Assembly (NCBI RefSeq): GCF_004010195.1
Contig: NC_057744.1
Location: 23,817,401 to 23,881,400, forward strand
Length of the DNA stretch: 64,000 bases
Source: Chiloscyllium plagiosum
Lineage: Eukaryota
Direction: 5' to 3'
A program made the position numbers and the translations under genes. The notes beneath the pieces are model-generated. The model made no database searches and was not told the DNA's origin. It worked only from the letters and a program-made list of their open reading frames with translations. Below, one piece after another: positions 51,633 through 64,000 of this stretch (its first letter is position 1; each line of letters opens with the position of its first letter).

Positions 51633-52171
51633 ATCTCAGGGATTAGATTAATTTTGGATATCTGGTCAGCATGGATGAGTTGGACTGAAGGGTGTGTTGC
51701 CATCTGTACATCTCCACGACTGTATGAGGAGGCTGTGGCTGCTACGAGTACAACAACCACTTAAAATTCCCAAGATGGATGATTCCCCATGGGTAGGGTT
51801 AGTACTGTTTGGGGTTGGTTTTGTGGGGTGGAGATCACAGAAGGAAGGAGGCCGTGGAGGTTAGAAGAAAGTGCAGGGGTGGGGGGAGTGGTCTCAGGTG
51901 ACCACCCTGCTGCCTTATGTCCAGTCCCTCAATCATCCATAAATCTCTCCTACTGTCAGCTGTCCTCACTGGTTAACCAATTATTTGATGGAGTCTTTCT
52001 CTTTGTCAAAATCAACCCTTGAATGGTCACTTATTGCCCCCTTAAGGGCTACAACTGGCAGTGATCATGTTGAGGTGAGACTTCTGAGGGGTTCTGACCC
52101 ACTGCACTGATAATCCCCAAAACTAAGTTCCCATCCCATCTCCTCGGGATTCCAACCACTGTTTGGGAGTT

Positions 52172-52265
52172 CATAGATTAGATTAGATTCCCCTACAATG
52201 TGGAAACAGGCCCTTTGGCCCAACAAGTCCACACTGACCCTCCGAAGAGTAACCCACCCAGACAC
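52172..52265 (-). mobile_element. HE1-type SINE 3' fragment
   Basis: (GATTA)n tail then CCCTACAATGTGGAAACAGGCCCTTTGGCCCAACAAGTCCACAC. Confidence 0.8.
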
Positions 52266-52304
52266 ATCATAGCAGTCACATCCCACCAATTAGAAAGAAA
52301 CAAG

Positions 52305-52640
52305 ATGTGGTGGCTCAGTGGCTCACAGTGTCAGGGATCCGGGTTCAATTCCATCCTTGGGTGACTGTTTGGACTTGGCATATTCTCCCCATGTCTGCAT
52401 GGGTTTCCTCTGGATAGTCTGGTTTTCTCCCGCAGTCCAAAGATCTGCATGATAGGTGGATTGGCTATGCTGAATTGCCCTAATATGTCCAAGGATGTGC
52501 AGGCTAGCTGGCTTTGCCATAGTACATGTGGAGTTACAGAGATAGGCTCAGGAGCTGGGTATGGGTTGGATGCTCTCCAGAGGGTTGCTGCAGTCTTGAT
52601 AGTCTGTATGGATGTTTTGGCACTGCAGGGATTCTCTGGT
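52305..52640 (+). mobile_element. HE1-type SINE, diverged
   Basis: GGCTCAGTGG...GGGTTCAATTCC head and V-domain. Confidence 0.85.
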
Positions 52641-54938
52641 TCGATATAATCAAACTAACTGACTGAAGTGAAAGAGACAGCATCCACAGAAATAAAAGGC
52701 TCAGCAATCTTCACTTTAGTTCAGAGAGACTTGCTCAATAGATTACAGTAACTTGTTTTTTTACTGTTAATGTGGGAACTAGTGCAGATACAAGAGAGTC
52801 AGTTACAAACCAGAATAAGAGTCAAAAAGAACAACAGAATTTGGGAAACAAGACATGAATACTTGGCGACTTAAGTAGCCATCTTTGACCTTTCTTAGCC
52901 ATTTAATTACAATGTTAAAATGACTGGGGTAAGTTTTCATCATCAGAACCATACTGTGGAACTGCATTTGTTAACAGAGCATCAGTTACTGCAAGTTGAA
53001 AGTGCCCTAATCACAGCACTTCCATTTTCCGTCATCATTGCAATAACACTTTGTCAAAATGTTAAATCCTAAGCATTAAAAGCAAAACCTGATCATTACT
53101 GTGATATTTGGCACATCCATAATTAAATGCTGGAAGTTCCCTGATGCTTGATTTCTGACCTGACAAAATTTGTTTGACAGCTAGACATTAAAACTAGCCA
53201 ATGAGAGAAGCCACATAATTTTGACAAACAGCAATTTTTCAATTTCAAAACTGAACGTTAGAGCAAGCATCACACATACTATTAGATCTCCTCAAATCCA
53301 ATGTGAATAGTCAAAAATCTGAAGTTATGTTGGCTTGTTCGCAATATACTTGTATTCCTGTCCAGACTGGTCTCAGGAATTCTGTCTAACAACGAACAAT
53401 GTGTCAGGTTAATTTATCACGCAAAAGGAATACTTCGTATTAAACAAATCTCCTATTTTGCAAGTTGCAATTGCCCACTAATACTGCATTTAAAAAGCTG
53501 CATTTTTGATAGGATTATGAACAAATTAGTCACCTTTGAACTGATTTGCCCAATAAATTCCCTGTGAAGGTACATTTTGTATAAATAAATGCAGAAGTTT
53601 ACACCAGGGAGCATGTAACCACTAAGTCATCAGTGGAGGCTGAATGTAGCTTATTCACACTTTTAACTGGCAGTGGCCCAGATTCAGCTGTTTTCATCAT
53701 CTAGGCAAATACAGAGAGCCGACTGTTCACTTTTTATGGTATCGTAACTGAATAAAATTTGTTGCAGTCTCTAAAAATAAGTACTCTATCAAAAGGATAT
53801 CCAAGTTCACAGAATGCATTGTTACTGGTGAGAGAGCAATATTAGCCAAGAATACAGGTTTCTGCAATCATTTAAGAGCAAGATATGACTTTTATCATCC
53901 AATTGAACAATCAGATGCCGCGCGAATGTAGGGCAGGATCTTCTGTGGGCAACAGGGACCTTGGTCAGGAGTCACAGAAGTGTTGCTAAGCTGTGTCAAT
54001 TATTCTCTAGGAGGCCTGAGGCAATTATATCTCAATCAGACACTTATTTGGGCAATGTCAGACCTTCCATTCAATTAAGCCACCAATAGTGCAGCACTCC
54101 CATCCCCTGCCACTGGCCATTCAGAGGCTGGCTGCTGAAAAATCATGGTGGCACCACTTGGAGCCAGAGACTGCCAATGGATGTCTGAAGACAGGGGGAG
54201 GAAGGTAGGGAAGGGAGTTGCAGGAAGGGCGACTGCCAGTTACAGATAGGACGAGGGTCAGAAGCAAACGCGGGGACTGTTGGAGCAGTTATCCTGATGT
54301 TGGTCCCAATATCAATCACAGGGTGCCTGTGAGCAATATGCCTGAATGGCAGGCAGTAAACCTGACAGGATTGCCTTATGTGCCTTGCCAGCCTTTGACT
54401 GAATTCCAGTGACAAAGGGATGAGGGCTTCAGGTGATCCTTCCTGAGCCTTCCTGAGCCAGACTCAATTGGAGGGAGGCAAAATAGTGGTGAGATCTCCC
54501 CCTTACATCCTCCTGACACCTGACCCCAGTCATGAACCTGCCCTATGGGGAGCATGAAAGTCCACCTTTCACACCCCCTTTCACACCCAACAGGGTCGCT
54601 CTTATAATAGGGCAATGCTCTCACAATTCCATTTCCTTCTGAGATTTAATAATTAAGTTGTGAAGTGACACCAACCTTCACAAGCTAGCTACTCACTTTG
54701 AGGTGAAAGTGCACCCCAGTAAACCAAACCTGCAAGGATACACTTCAAAGGTCAAATTTTCAAATTCAGATGTTCCCACAGATTGGAATCCTGAAGAAAG
54801 CCCCTGAGCAGACTTCAACATTGATACCATTTCAGGCTTGTAATAATTTCCCAAATCAGTTACTGCTGCGAAACTCTAACTTCCATTTTTTTCTGGAATC
54901 CAAGTGACTTGAAACATTTCAAGTTATGGCATGTCACT

Positions 54939-55020
54939 GTTTCATTTCACTTTCACTACTGCTTTCACAGTCAGCACACATTTTTCTGGGCTGGCTCTGT
55001 TTTGTCAACTTTCCTGGGAA
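54939..55020. promoter_or_regulatory. Tandem ISRE plus TTC-N4-GAA STAT-type site
   Basis: GTTTCATTTCACTTTCAC (reverse complement GTGAAAGTGAAATGAAAC, three phased GAAA cores) at 54939-54956; TTCCTGGGAA at 55011-55020; non-repeat context. Confidence 0.4.
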
Positions 55021-55499
55021 CCTGTCAGCTCTTGTTAGTTTTCAAATGAAACACACATGAAGGAAAGGCAAATACAGGGAGGAGACGCAAAAGGGGGCAA
55101 GAGCAGCTGAATCCACTGCAACAGTCAAACCCTGCACAAAAGGAAGGAATCCTGATTTATATGGAGTGAAAAGAAAATTGGTTGTTATCCAACAATAACC
55201 TGGCCGGTTTAGGTAATATGTGCAGGGACCTAGAAATAAAAAGGATACCACCAAGTTTCTGTTCAAAAGTCTTCAACAAAGAGGAAACCACATTAATCCA
55301 TTGGTTAGAAAAGTCACAGCTGTGGAGTGGATTCATGTCTTGGAGTAAGACTCAAACGCATATGTAAGGATGTAAAATGTCCAAGTTGCATTCGATGTTC
55401 GAAGGCCTAGCACAGCCTGCAAGTCAGCAGTCTAGTTGTGTTTAGTAAGCAAGAAGATGATAATGGAAGAGCTATAACAGCAGTCCATTTAAACATACT

Positions 55500-56030
55500 G
55501 ATTTGGACAAGGACTGTACTATCAGACCAAGACTGATCTGCTCCAGAGCGTAATTATTTTTTCATGCCAGCTCTTCATAGCCTTCAACTTTTTGATATTT
55601 TACAAATTTAAATACCTTCTCTTGGAACACTCTCAGTTATCTTGCCTGCACAACTTTCTGGGTTAGAGAATTCCAACATTCACTACTCTCTGAGAAGAAA
55701 TTACTTTGCATCTCAGTTGTAAATGCATGAACTCTAAGAGTGTAAGGATGTTCCAATTCAAGATTCCCCTACAAGTGGAAAAATTTTATATGTTGCAATT
55801 AGATTACCCATCATAATTGTAAATTCTAATGAATAAAGACCTAATCTATTTAAACTTGTTTAATAAGGCAACACCTTCTTCCCAGAAATCAGCCTAGTGA
55901 ATCACTTTTAAACAGTGACCAATACCAATATATCTTTTGACCATTACAGGAAACAAAATAGCACATGTGACCTCACCAACAACATGTGCAATTGCAACAA
56001 GACTTTCCTATTCTTAAACTCCAATGCCTT
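55500..56030 (-). mobile_element. Old CR1 fragment
   Basis: Reverse-strand TTCCAACATTCACTACTCTCTGAGAAGAAATT and LQL...LVR-type motifs. Confidence 0.7.
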
Positions 56031-57249
56031 GCAATGAAGGGGAAAAAAAAATATCTTCCACATTTTCTATTTCTCTCTTTAAAAATATTGAATGTTCCTG
56101 CCTCCCATTGCTCTCTGGTGAAGGGAATTAGAAAGGTCAGAAGTATTTCCTTATTGCCATTCTGTCTCCCATCTTTCCATTTGTTCTTCATCCACTCCTT
56201 CTCCCACCAACATCTCACTTGCTCAATTCTTATTTGCATGTTTAACTTTTTCAAGTTATGGTGACAGATTACTGACCTGAAACATGACCTGTTTTACTTT
56301 CCACAGCTGTCAGACATGCCAAACTACTTTGAGCGAATTCTGTTTTCATTTCAAATTTCCACCAACCATCGTTTTTTTTATTCCTTTGGTACCAGTTTCC
56401 AAGTCTTCAGATTCCCTAGACTCCAAATTGTTCATAACTCAGCACTCCCATTCTTGTACTGCATGTCTCACTCTCCTGACCTGCATCAGCTTCCTACCTC
56501 CCACTGTAATCAATTTAAAACTTTGCCTTCAAAATCCTCCATGGCCTTGCTTCATCCCATCTCATTGTTTTCTTATATCTCTGACTCTGGTCTATAACTC
56601 CATCCTCCAACCATTTGAACGTGAAGAGAAAATGAATCCTGCATTACCAGCACAGAAAATTAAGTGGAAAGAAATGGAATATCACCCAAAATATGGTACA
56701 AAACAAGACTCCTTGAGGTTGTACTACCTTTTTCCAATAACTTCATTGCCCCAATTTCCTGTTCTTTCCAAACAGCACCTGAAAAATGGTGCTATATATC
56801 CAATTCCTCTCTGTGAAGTTGATTTGAATGTGCTTTTGCCGGCCTTTTACAAAATGGATCAGAACAACATGCTGCAGAGACACATTTTTCCCTAAGATGC
56901 CCTTGATTCTGTTAACAATAATTTAAAATATGTGTCTACTAGTCAATGACCCAAGGACAATGGAATTGTTTCTCATAATTTATTGGTGCACCCTTTCTGG
57001 TCAGTGCTGACTGTGACACAAGGTCAATAATCTGTGTGAGTAACCTTTACCAGCCCAATCACTCTGATCCATATCTTCAGCAAAGCAGCAATCATCACAG
57101 AATTGCGAATCCATTCAAACTCTGCCCTCTGCAAAGCTGTCCCACAGTTGTCACTGGGTCTTCCCAGCCTGGTTTAGTCAGAGATATAGAATACTGTGAC
57201 ACAGGAAGAGCTCCATTACACTGTAGTCATGTGGGAGTGGGGGTGGTGT

Positions 57250-59180
57250 TGAAGGATTGAATGTGACCTCTTTTTACAAGGCTAGTTGTTGTAAAACCAG
57301 TTGACGAGGCTCAGTATGAATGTTAGTGAATGGATGAGTGGCTTAAACAATGAATGTGTAAGGCTGGTGTGGCAAATGGAATACAAGTCTTTAGTACTCT
57401 TGCCAGAATGTTGTCAGGGTCCATAGCCTTTTCAATAATTACTGTCTTCAGCGGTTTCTTAGATATCACGAGGATTGAATTAAATTAGCTGAAAACCAAT
57501 GTGATGTAAGGGATCTTTTGATAGGCCACATTGGATCATCCACTCAGTACCAATGGTGGAAAAATTGTTCCAAATGCTTCAGTCTTATGTTTCATATTGA
57601 TATACTAGACTCCCCCAACATTGAAGATAAAAATATTTATGGATGCTTACCTCCAGTGGGTTGCATAATTGTCTACTATCATTCATGACGGGTTAAGGTA
57701 GGATTATAGAGTTTAGATCCATTGGTTATAGAATCACTTAACCCTGTCTATTACTTGCTGCCTATGCTGTTCTGCAAGTAATTAGTCCTGTGATTTTGCT
57801 TCATCAGGCAGAAACCATATGTTTAGGATGCTGGGTGCTGCCCCTAGCATTCTCTTCAGCACTGTTCGTTGAATCAGTATTGATCCCTTACCTAGATGGT
57901 AATGCTGAAGCGTATCATAGAGTATCACAGAATCCCTACAGTTTGGAAACAGGCCATTTGGCCCAACAAGTCCACACTGACCCTCCGAAGAGTCAGCCGC
58001 TCAGACCTATTCCCTTAACTAATTCACCTAACCTACACATGCTATGGGCAATTTAGCATGGCCAATTCACCTAAAGTGCACATCTTTGGACTGTGGGAGG
58101 AAACTCACACAGACACAGGGAGAAGGTGCAAACTCCACAGACAGTCGCCCAAGGCTAGAATCGAACCCGGGTCCCTGGCGCAGTGAGGCAGCAGTGCTAA
58201 CCATTGAGCCACCACGCTGCCCTAGTGGGGAATACAGATTTTGTTTAAATACAATTCTGCCATCAATGACCAGAGAGTCTCATGGCTGTAATCTCGAGTT
58301 GGTGGATCGTTTTGAAATCTATCCCATTTAACATGGTAGTAGTGCCATACAATACGGAAAAGGGTACCTCCAATGTGAAGATAGGGCTTGGTCTCCACAA
58401 GGATTATGCAGTGGTCTCTCTTACACAATTTCACATGGCAGGCAAATTGGCGAGAGTGATTTAAAGGATGCATTTCCCTCTTGTTTGTTCGTTCACAACC
58501 TGCTGCAGACTCAGTCTGTCTGTTCTGTCCTTTAGGACAGTGGTGTTGGTGTTGTTGCTACCAAGCCATCCTTGTTGATGGACATTGAAGACTCCGTGAA
58601 GAGTACATTCTGCACTGTTACTACCCTTAGTACTTTCTGCACTAAGGAAGTCCTGATTCATCAATTAAGGGGGTTCAATACATCATAATCAGCAAGAACT
58701 TTCTTAGTCTATGTTTGACTTGAAACCATGAGAACTCATGGGGTCTTGCATCAACATTAAGGACTCCTCAGAATGGTACTGAGAAAGACATTATGCTTGT
58801 ATGTACCTTTGGAACTAAGGTGCCTGCATCGATGCCAGGTAATCCATGCAGTTTCAGTTTTTTTAAAAATCAGACTTTGTAACAGTTAGATACAAGTGAG
58901 TGGCTTGCCAAATCATTTCAGAGTAGAACCACATTGCTGAGATGTGAAGTCATGTGTGAGCCAGATGAACAAAGAAGGACTGATTTTCCTTCCCTAAAGA
59001 ATGTTCATGAACTAGATGTTCCTTTTTTACGACAATGGTTTTCTGGTCACATGTGGTTTCAAGTTTATTGTTAAAATCAAATTTCACCATTTACAATGAT
59101 GGATTCAGTCATAGCCCTCAGAACATTAAGTCTGACTCCCCAGATCACTAGCACAGTAATAATATTACCAAGCCACAACC
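57250..59180 (-). mobile_element. Old L2/Crack-like LINE fragments
   Basis: GVFNVHQQGWLGSNNT (endonuclease) and KAMDPDNI motifs on the minus strand. Confidence 0.7.
57913..58222 (-). mobile_element. HE1-type SINE
   Basis: Reverse complement of the 23394 copy with internal deletions; interrupts an L2-like LINE. Confidence 0.9.
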
Positions 59181-61169
59181 TTCCCAGGGGAGGGTGGTTA
59201 GTGGAGAAGTCAGCACAAGAAATCAGGGGTTCAGTTCTGTCATTACTCAGGAATTCAACCAGCTTTTTATCCATCTCAGATTTCCTGATTAATTGTTCAG
59301 GCAAATTCTGTATAACTGTGCCTGATGCCCAACTCTAACTCAGACTAGGAGACTTTTGTGGAGAGTTCTGGGAACAGGTGAAGTGTCTGCTGGAAGTGTT
59401 GATGCATACATTAGATTGTATATTCAATTTGGAACATTTGGCCTTACGTTGGTTCAGCATTGTTTTAGATGTATTAATATTATTGTATATCCATTTATCT
59501 AGTGGGCAATTTTAAATACTTAAGTCTAATAAAATCTCCATAGTGCAACAACAAGCTGTAACAGCAAAAGCTCAGCAAATTTCTGGAAGCATGTAAGAGT
59601 CCAAAGATCTATTTAAAAATAGATTGTGATCTCTTTCACAGTTAAAAAAGGGAAACTTCAACATCAACTCAGTTAACCTCAATTTCTGCTTTAAGCTCAG
59701 AATGTGCTAAAGTACAGTACTTAAAGTTTCTGTAAAGTTTATGGTTCACTCGAATTGCCAACACTTGGAAAGACAAACTGAATGCACTTCATTTTCTGTC
59801 CGCTGACATTACGGAGAAATGAATGGTGATCGTAACTTGGATCTAACAGTGCACCATATTCCACTGAAGTTCAGTTGAAGCAGATCAACTATTTTGAGTA
59901 AAACAGCAGCTTGTTGGGTGTAATGGTGCTTTTCCATCCTAATACTGTTGAATGTGTTTCTAAAAGTCCCACTAAACCACATTTTTGGTGGTCTTTCTGA
60001 AGAAAATTCAATAAGAAACTCAAGAAAAACATTAATAAATGCAATTTGAAAGGCACTCTTGTAAAATACTCCAGCATCTATCATTTTGGTGGCTATTTCT
60101 CAGAGCAGAAGCCCACACCTTCAAGGTTCTGAACAGCACTGTCTACAGCTGACACATATTTACTGCAAACATTTACACTGGAATTTTCAACTGCTGCAGG
60201 TTTGTTCTGCTCCTTCTCTCAATGCCCTTGTAGCTGCTGATCCTATGTCAGATGAGTGTGGAAACACAAAATCCATTGCATGCTGTAGACATCCATCACT
60301 GGTCTACAACCCTTTCTGACTGAGCAGCAAACCACAACACTGACCACTCGTGTAACTAACAATTGAGTAGGTTTCATTTATAAAGGATAAAGATATTAAA
60401 CAGGAAGAGTTAATAAACCAATGTCTTTGTGCAGAAAGAGAAAGTCATCGACAGAACTGGCAAAGTCACCTGCAAGGTTTACCATCTGTCACAATATGTG
60501 TTTTCTCTAAACATCTAATGTTGATATAGTTTTGCTAAGGATCACTACATTAAGCAATGAAGAGCACTTTCTGGAAAGAGACAGATTAGGATCCATGGAA
60601 AAGGTCTGCTGGGTGTAATGGTCTTCCCTGTTCCCAAGTAGAATCCTAGATCATGAAGTTTTTGACAGAAGTAATGGCAGCAAGTTTACACCCAAAATCC
60701 TAACAACCCCCAAGAAAGAGGCATTATATGGGAATAAGGGACAAAGATTTGATTTAATAAGACAAAGAACAGCAATAACTTGAGCTGTAGAGAATAACTG
60801 TGTGTCACAGGCAGAAAAGTGGAAAATGACATGGAAATCTTTTTTCACAATGAGCAGCTGTTGAAGGGATGGTATATAAACTTGCAAATAAATTCATGCA
60901 ATGATGCAACCGATTCCAATGTGCAGTCTCCGAACTTGGCATTAGTTTAAATGTGAGGTAATCCACTGTGACCAACATCTTTTGAGGCTTTGTCCCTCCC
61001 AAAGACCTGTCCTCAACTAAACGTGTAATATTTAGATCCATTAATGCAGATCTACAGCAGCAATCTACAAATGAGAATGCTAGTGTTCAGACAACAACTG
61101 AACACTGGCACAGTGTAAAATGGGACTCTTGGCTGATTCACGAGGGAAGAGAATGATTGAGGGAGAAGA

Positions 61170-62510
61170 AAGGCAGAGCAGACTGGAAGGTCCCAGAGGA
61201 CTGGAAAATCACTAAAGTGACACCCCTGTTTAAAAAGGTAGCAAGCAGAAAGGTGGAAAATTACAGACCTATTAGTCTGACCTCGGTTGTGGGTAAGATC
61301 CTGGAATCCATTGTGAAAGATGAGATTTCTGAATACTTGAAAGTGTATGTTAAAATAGGGCAAAGTCAGCATGATTTCATCAATGGGAGGTCATCCCTGA
61401 CAAATCTTCTAGAATCCTTTGAGCAGGTTGGGCCAAGGAGAGCCAATGGATGTTATCTACCTGGGCTTCAAGAAGGCCTTGGACAAGGTGTCACACGGGA
61501 AGCTACTAATTAAGATAAGGGCCCATGGCGTCAGAGGTGAGGTGCTAACATGGATAAAAGCTTGGCTGATTGGCAGAAAGTAGACAGTAGAGATAAAAAG
61601 GGTCCTTTTCAGGATGGCAGCTGGTCAGAAGTGGTGTTCCGCAAGGATCGATGTTGGCACCACAACTTTTCACTTTACACACAAACACTAGGTAGAGGAA
61701 CAGGTAGTATTGAGGAGGCGGGGAGGCTCCAGAAGGATTTGGACAGAATGGGACAGTGGGCAAAGAATGGCAGATGAAGTACAACGTGGGAAAGTATGAG
61801 GTCATGCAGTTTGGTCGGAAGACTAGAAGCATGGATTATTTTCTAAATGGGGAGAAAATTCAGAAGTCTGAAGTGCAAAGAGATTTGGGAGTTCCAGTTT
61901 ATGATTCTCTCAAAGTAAACTTGCAGGTTGAGTCAGTAGTTAGGAAGGCAAATGCAATAATGGCATTTACTTTAAGAGGACTTGAATATAAAAGCAGGAA
62001 TATACTTCTGAGGCTCTATAAGGCTCTGGTCAGACCATATTTGAAGTATTGTTCACAGTTTTGGGTCCCATATCTCAGGAAGGATATACTGGCCATAGAC
62101 TGTGTTCAGAGAAGGCTCACAAGAATGGTCCCAGGAATGAAAAGCTCAACTTATTTGAAGACTCTGGGTTTATACTTTGTGGAGTTTAGAAGGATGAGGG
62201 TGGATGTAATCGAAACATACAGAATACTAAACAGCCTGGACAGAGTGGACATTAGGAAGTTGTTTCCATTGGGAGGGGAGATTCGGACCAGCAGGCATAG
62301 CCTTGGCATGAAGGGAAGATGTTTTAGAATACAGCTAAGCAGAAATTTCTTCAACCAACAAGTGGTGATCATTGAATTAATTGCTACAGAAGGCTGCGGA
62401 GGCCAGGTAATTGAGTATATTTAAAACGGAGGTAGGTAAGTTCTTGTGTATCAAGGGGACCAAGGGTTAAGGGGACAAAGCAGGAGAAAGGGGTTGAGAA
62501 ACTTATGAAA
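61170..62510 (+). mobile_element. CR1 ORF2 RT remnant
   Basis: PEDWKITKVTPLFKK, NYRPISLTSVVGKILES, RLYKALVRPYLKYC. Confidence 0.95.
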
Positions 62511-62610
62511 AGTACAGCAGCATCCATTGAGGTGAGTATGGAGGGGTGAGGTGGACAGCTCATGCCCCAGAAAGAAATGTAGCTCCAAGTTGACTGACTA
62601 TAAGGTGAAC

Positions 62611-62922
62611 ATAGATTCCTTACAGTGCAAAAAGAGGCCTTTCGGCCCATTGAGTTTGCAACAACACTCTGAATAGCATCCCACCAAGACCCTCCCCCAA
62701 CCCCTATAACCCTGCATTTTCCATGGCTAATCCACCTAAACTGCACATCCCTGGACACTATGGTCAATTTAGCATGGCCAAACCTGCACATCTTTGGACT
62801 GTGGGAGGAAACCTAATGGAAATCCACGCAGGCACAGGGAGACATGCAAACTCCACACAGCCGCCTGAGGTTGGAATCAAACACGGATCCCTGGTGCGAA
62901 CCACTGACCACTGTTCTGCCCC
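62611..62922 (-). mobile_element. HE1-type SINE
   Basis: Reverse-strand V-domain (GGACTGTGGGAGGAAACC) and tRNA head. Confidence 0.85.
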
Positions 62923-64000
62923 TGTGGGTAGGCTAAATTGCTGTGGGTGGACTAAAGTGATGAATAGAAAGACTTCTGCCCATCATCAGGAGGAAGCTCC
63001 CCATCCTGGAGATGGAGGTAGATCCTGCAGTTCCAGAACTCTGTAGCAGACACTGAGGGCAGACCTCCACAGAACACCTCATGGATTCCTGATTGGGTTA
63101 CTCAGGCAACTTTGGGAAGGATGAATTTTGGTACCTTTGGTGAGGTAGGTGTGGGGCTTGCCATTTGCATTATGGCGAGTAAGGAAGGAAGGAGTTTACT
63201 ACACACCTGGTGTGTGTGTCTCCAACCAAAAAAGGGCACCCTCCTGAAGATCAAAAATAAAACTCCTTCCTGCTTTTTGGAACACTAAATTAAAGAAATG
63301 TCCCCTTCTATTCATCTGCCCATAACAATCTTTTATGGCATAAGCAGCTTAACAATTAGGTTAAGTAAGTATTTAACACGTGGATATTGAGGAGTACTGC
63401 AAGATCATATGGAGAAATTTTCAGAATGTGTAAATAGTTGGCAGATGAAGTTCAACAGAAATCACTATGATGTAATAGATTTTAGTAGGAAGTATAATGA
63501 GTTCACTTTTACTTGGAAGCTGAAACAGGATTCACAAACAGTGCAGACCTTTGTGTAATCATCAGCAAACATCCCCAGCTTATGAAAACAGCAAGTCTAC
63601 GCAAGGAGGAGCTAAAGATGGCTAGGCTAGAACCCTGAGGAACTTCTACTGCCATGTCCTCAGTCTGAAGTGATTACTTCCAAAAACCACAACCAGTTTT
63701 CTTTGTACTGGGTTTGACCCCAAGGATATGGATCCTATAAGTGAAGACAGTTTTAGTATGGAAGGGCAAAATGTGTCAGGGCAGACTTGGAGGGTTAGAC
63801 AGCCTGTTCCTGTGCTGTTTTATCCTTTGTTTGAACCAGCAGAGAATATTCTCCTCAACTCCCAGTGACTCCAGTTTTGCTAAAGCTCCAGGAAAAATAG
63901 AACAAATGTACTTTGACATACACATACATTGATGTCATTTGTCAATGTGATTTTAAAATTAGACAAACAGAGAAAGGATTTCAAATAAATTAAAAGATGC

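Noticed and set aside
56284-56895. 203-aa ORF
   Set aside because: No recognisable domain; spans PLE-terminus and L2-like remnants; no supporting splice structure.
61756-62424. 222-aa ORF as a host gene
   Set aside because: C-terminal part of CR1 ORF2 within a frameshifted copy.

Overview
Vertebrate genomic DNA, almost certainly from a cartilaginous fish (HE1/V-SINEs with a (TAATC)n tail, HER1/CR1 LINEs; a carpet or bamboo shark is my inference). Most of the window is decayed transposable elements, and almost every ORF in the supplied track is a TE fragment or noise. The one well-supported host exon is a 297-nt phase-1/phase-1 immunoglobulin V-type exon on the minus strand (18780-19076). It has candidate flanking exons and IRF/ISRE-type motifs at about 37.3 kb and 54.9 kb, suggesting an immune Ig-superfamily gene whose family I cannot name. 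Mobile elements: a Gmr1-type Gypsy LTR retrotransposon with integrase upstream of RT (21109-26999), nested in a CR1; Neptune- and Poseidon-type Penelope-like elements (PLEs), three of them inverted pairs; a Harbinger-type Myb/SANT fossil; Tigger-like MITEs; and many CR1 and L2-like LINEs and SINEs. The most striking sequence-level pattern is about a dozen minimal hammerhead-ribozyme motifs in PLE termini and in small (about 95-270 bp) PLE-derived inserts. Many of these inserts are fold-backs with 13-17 bp target-site duplications, and the same inverted architecture recurs from about 200 bp to 2.3 kb. All coordinates were read by eye; TE boundaries are approximate unless a TSD is quoted.
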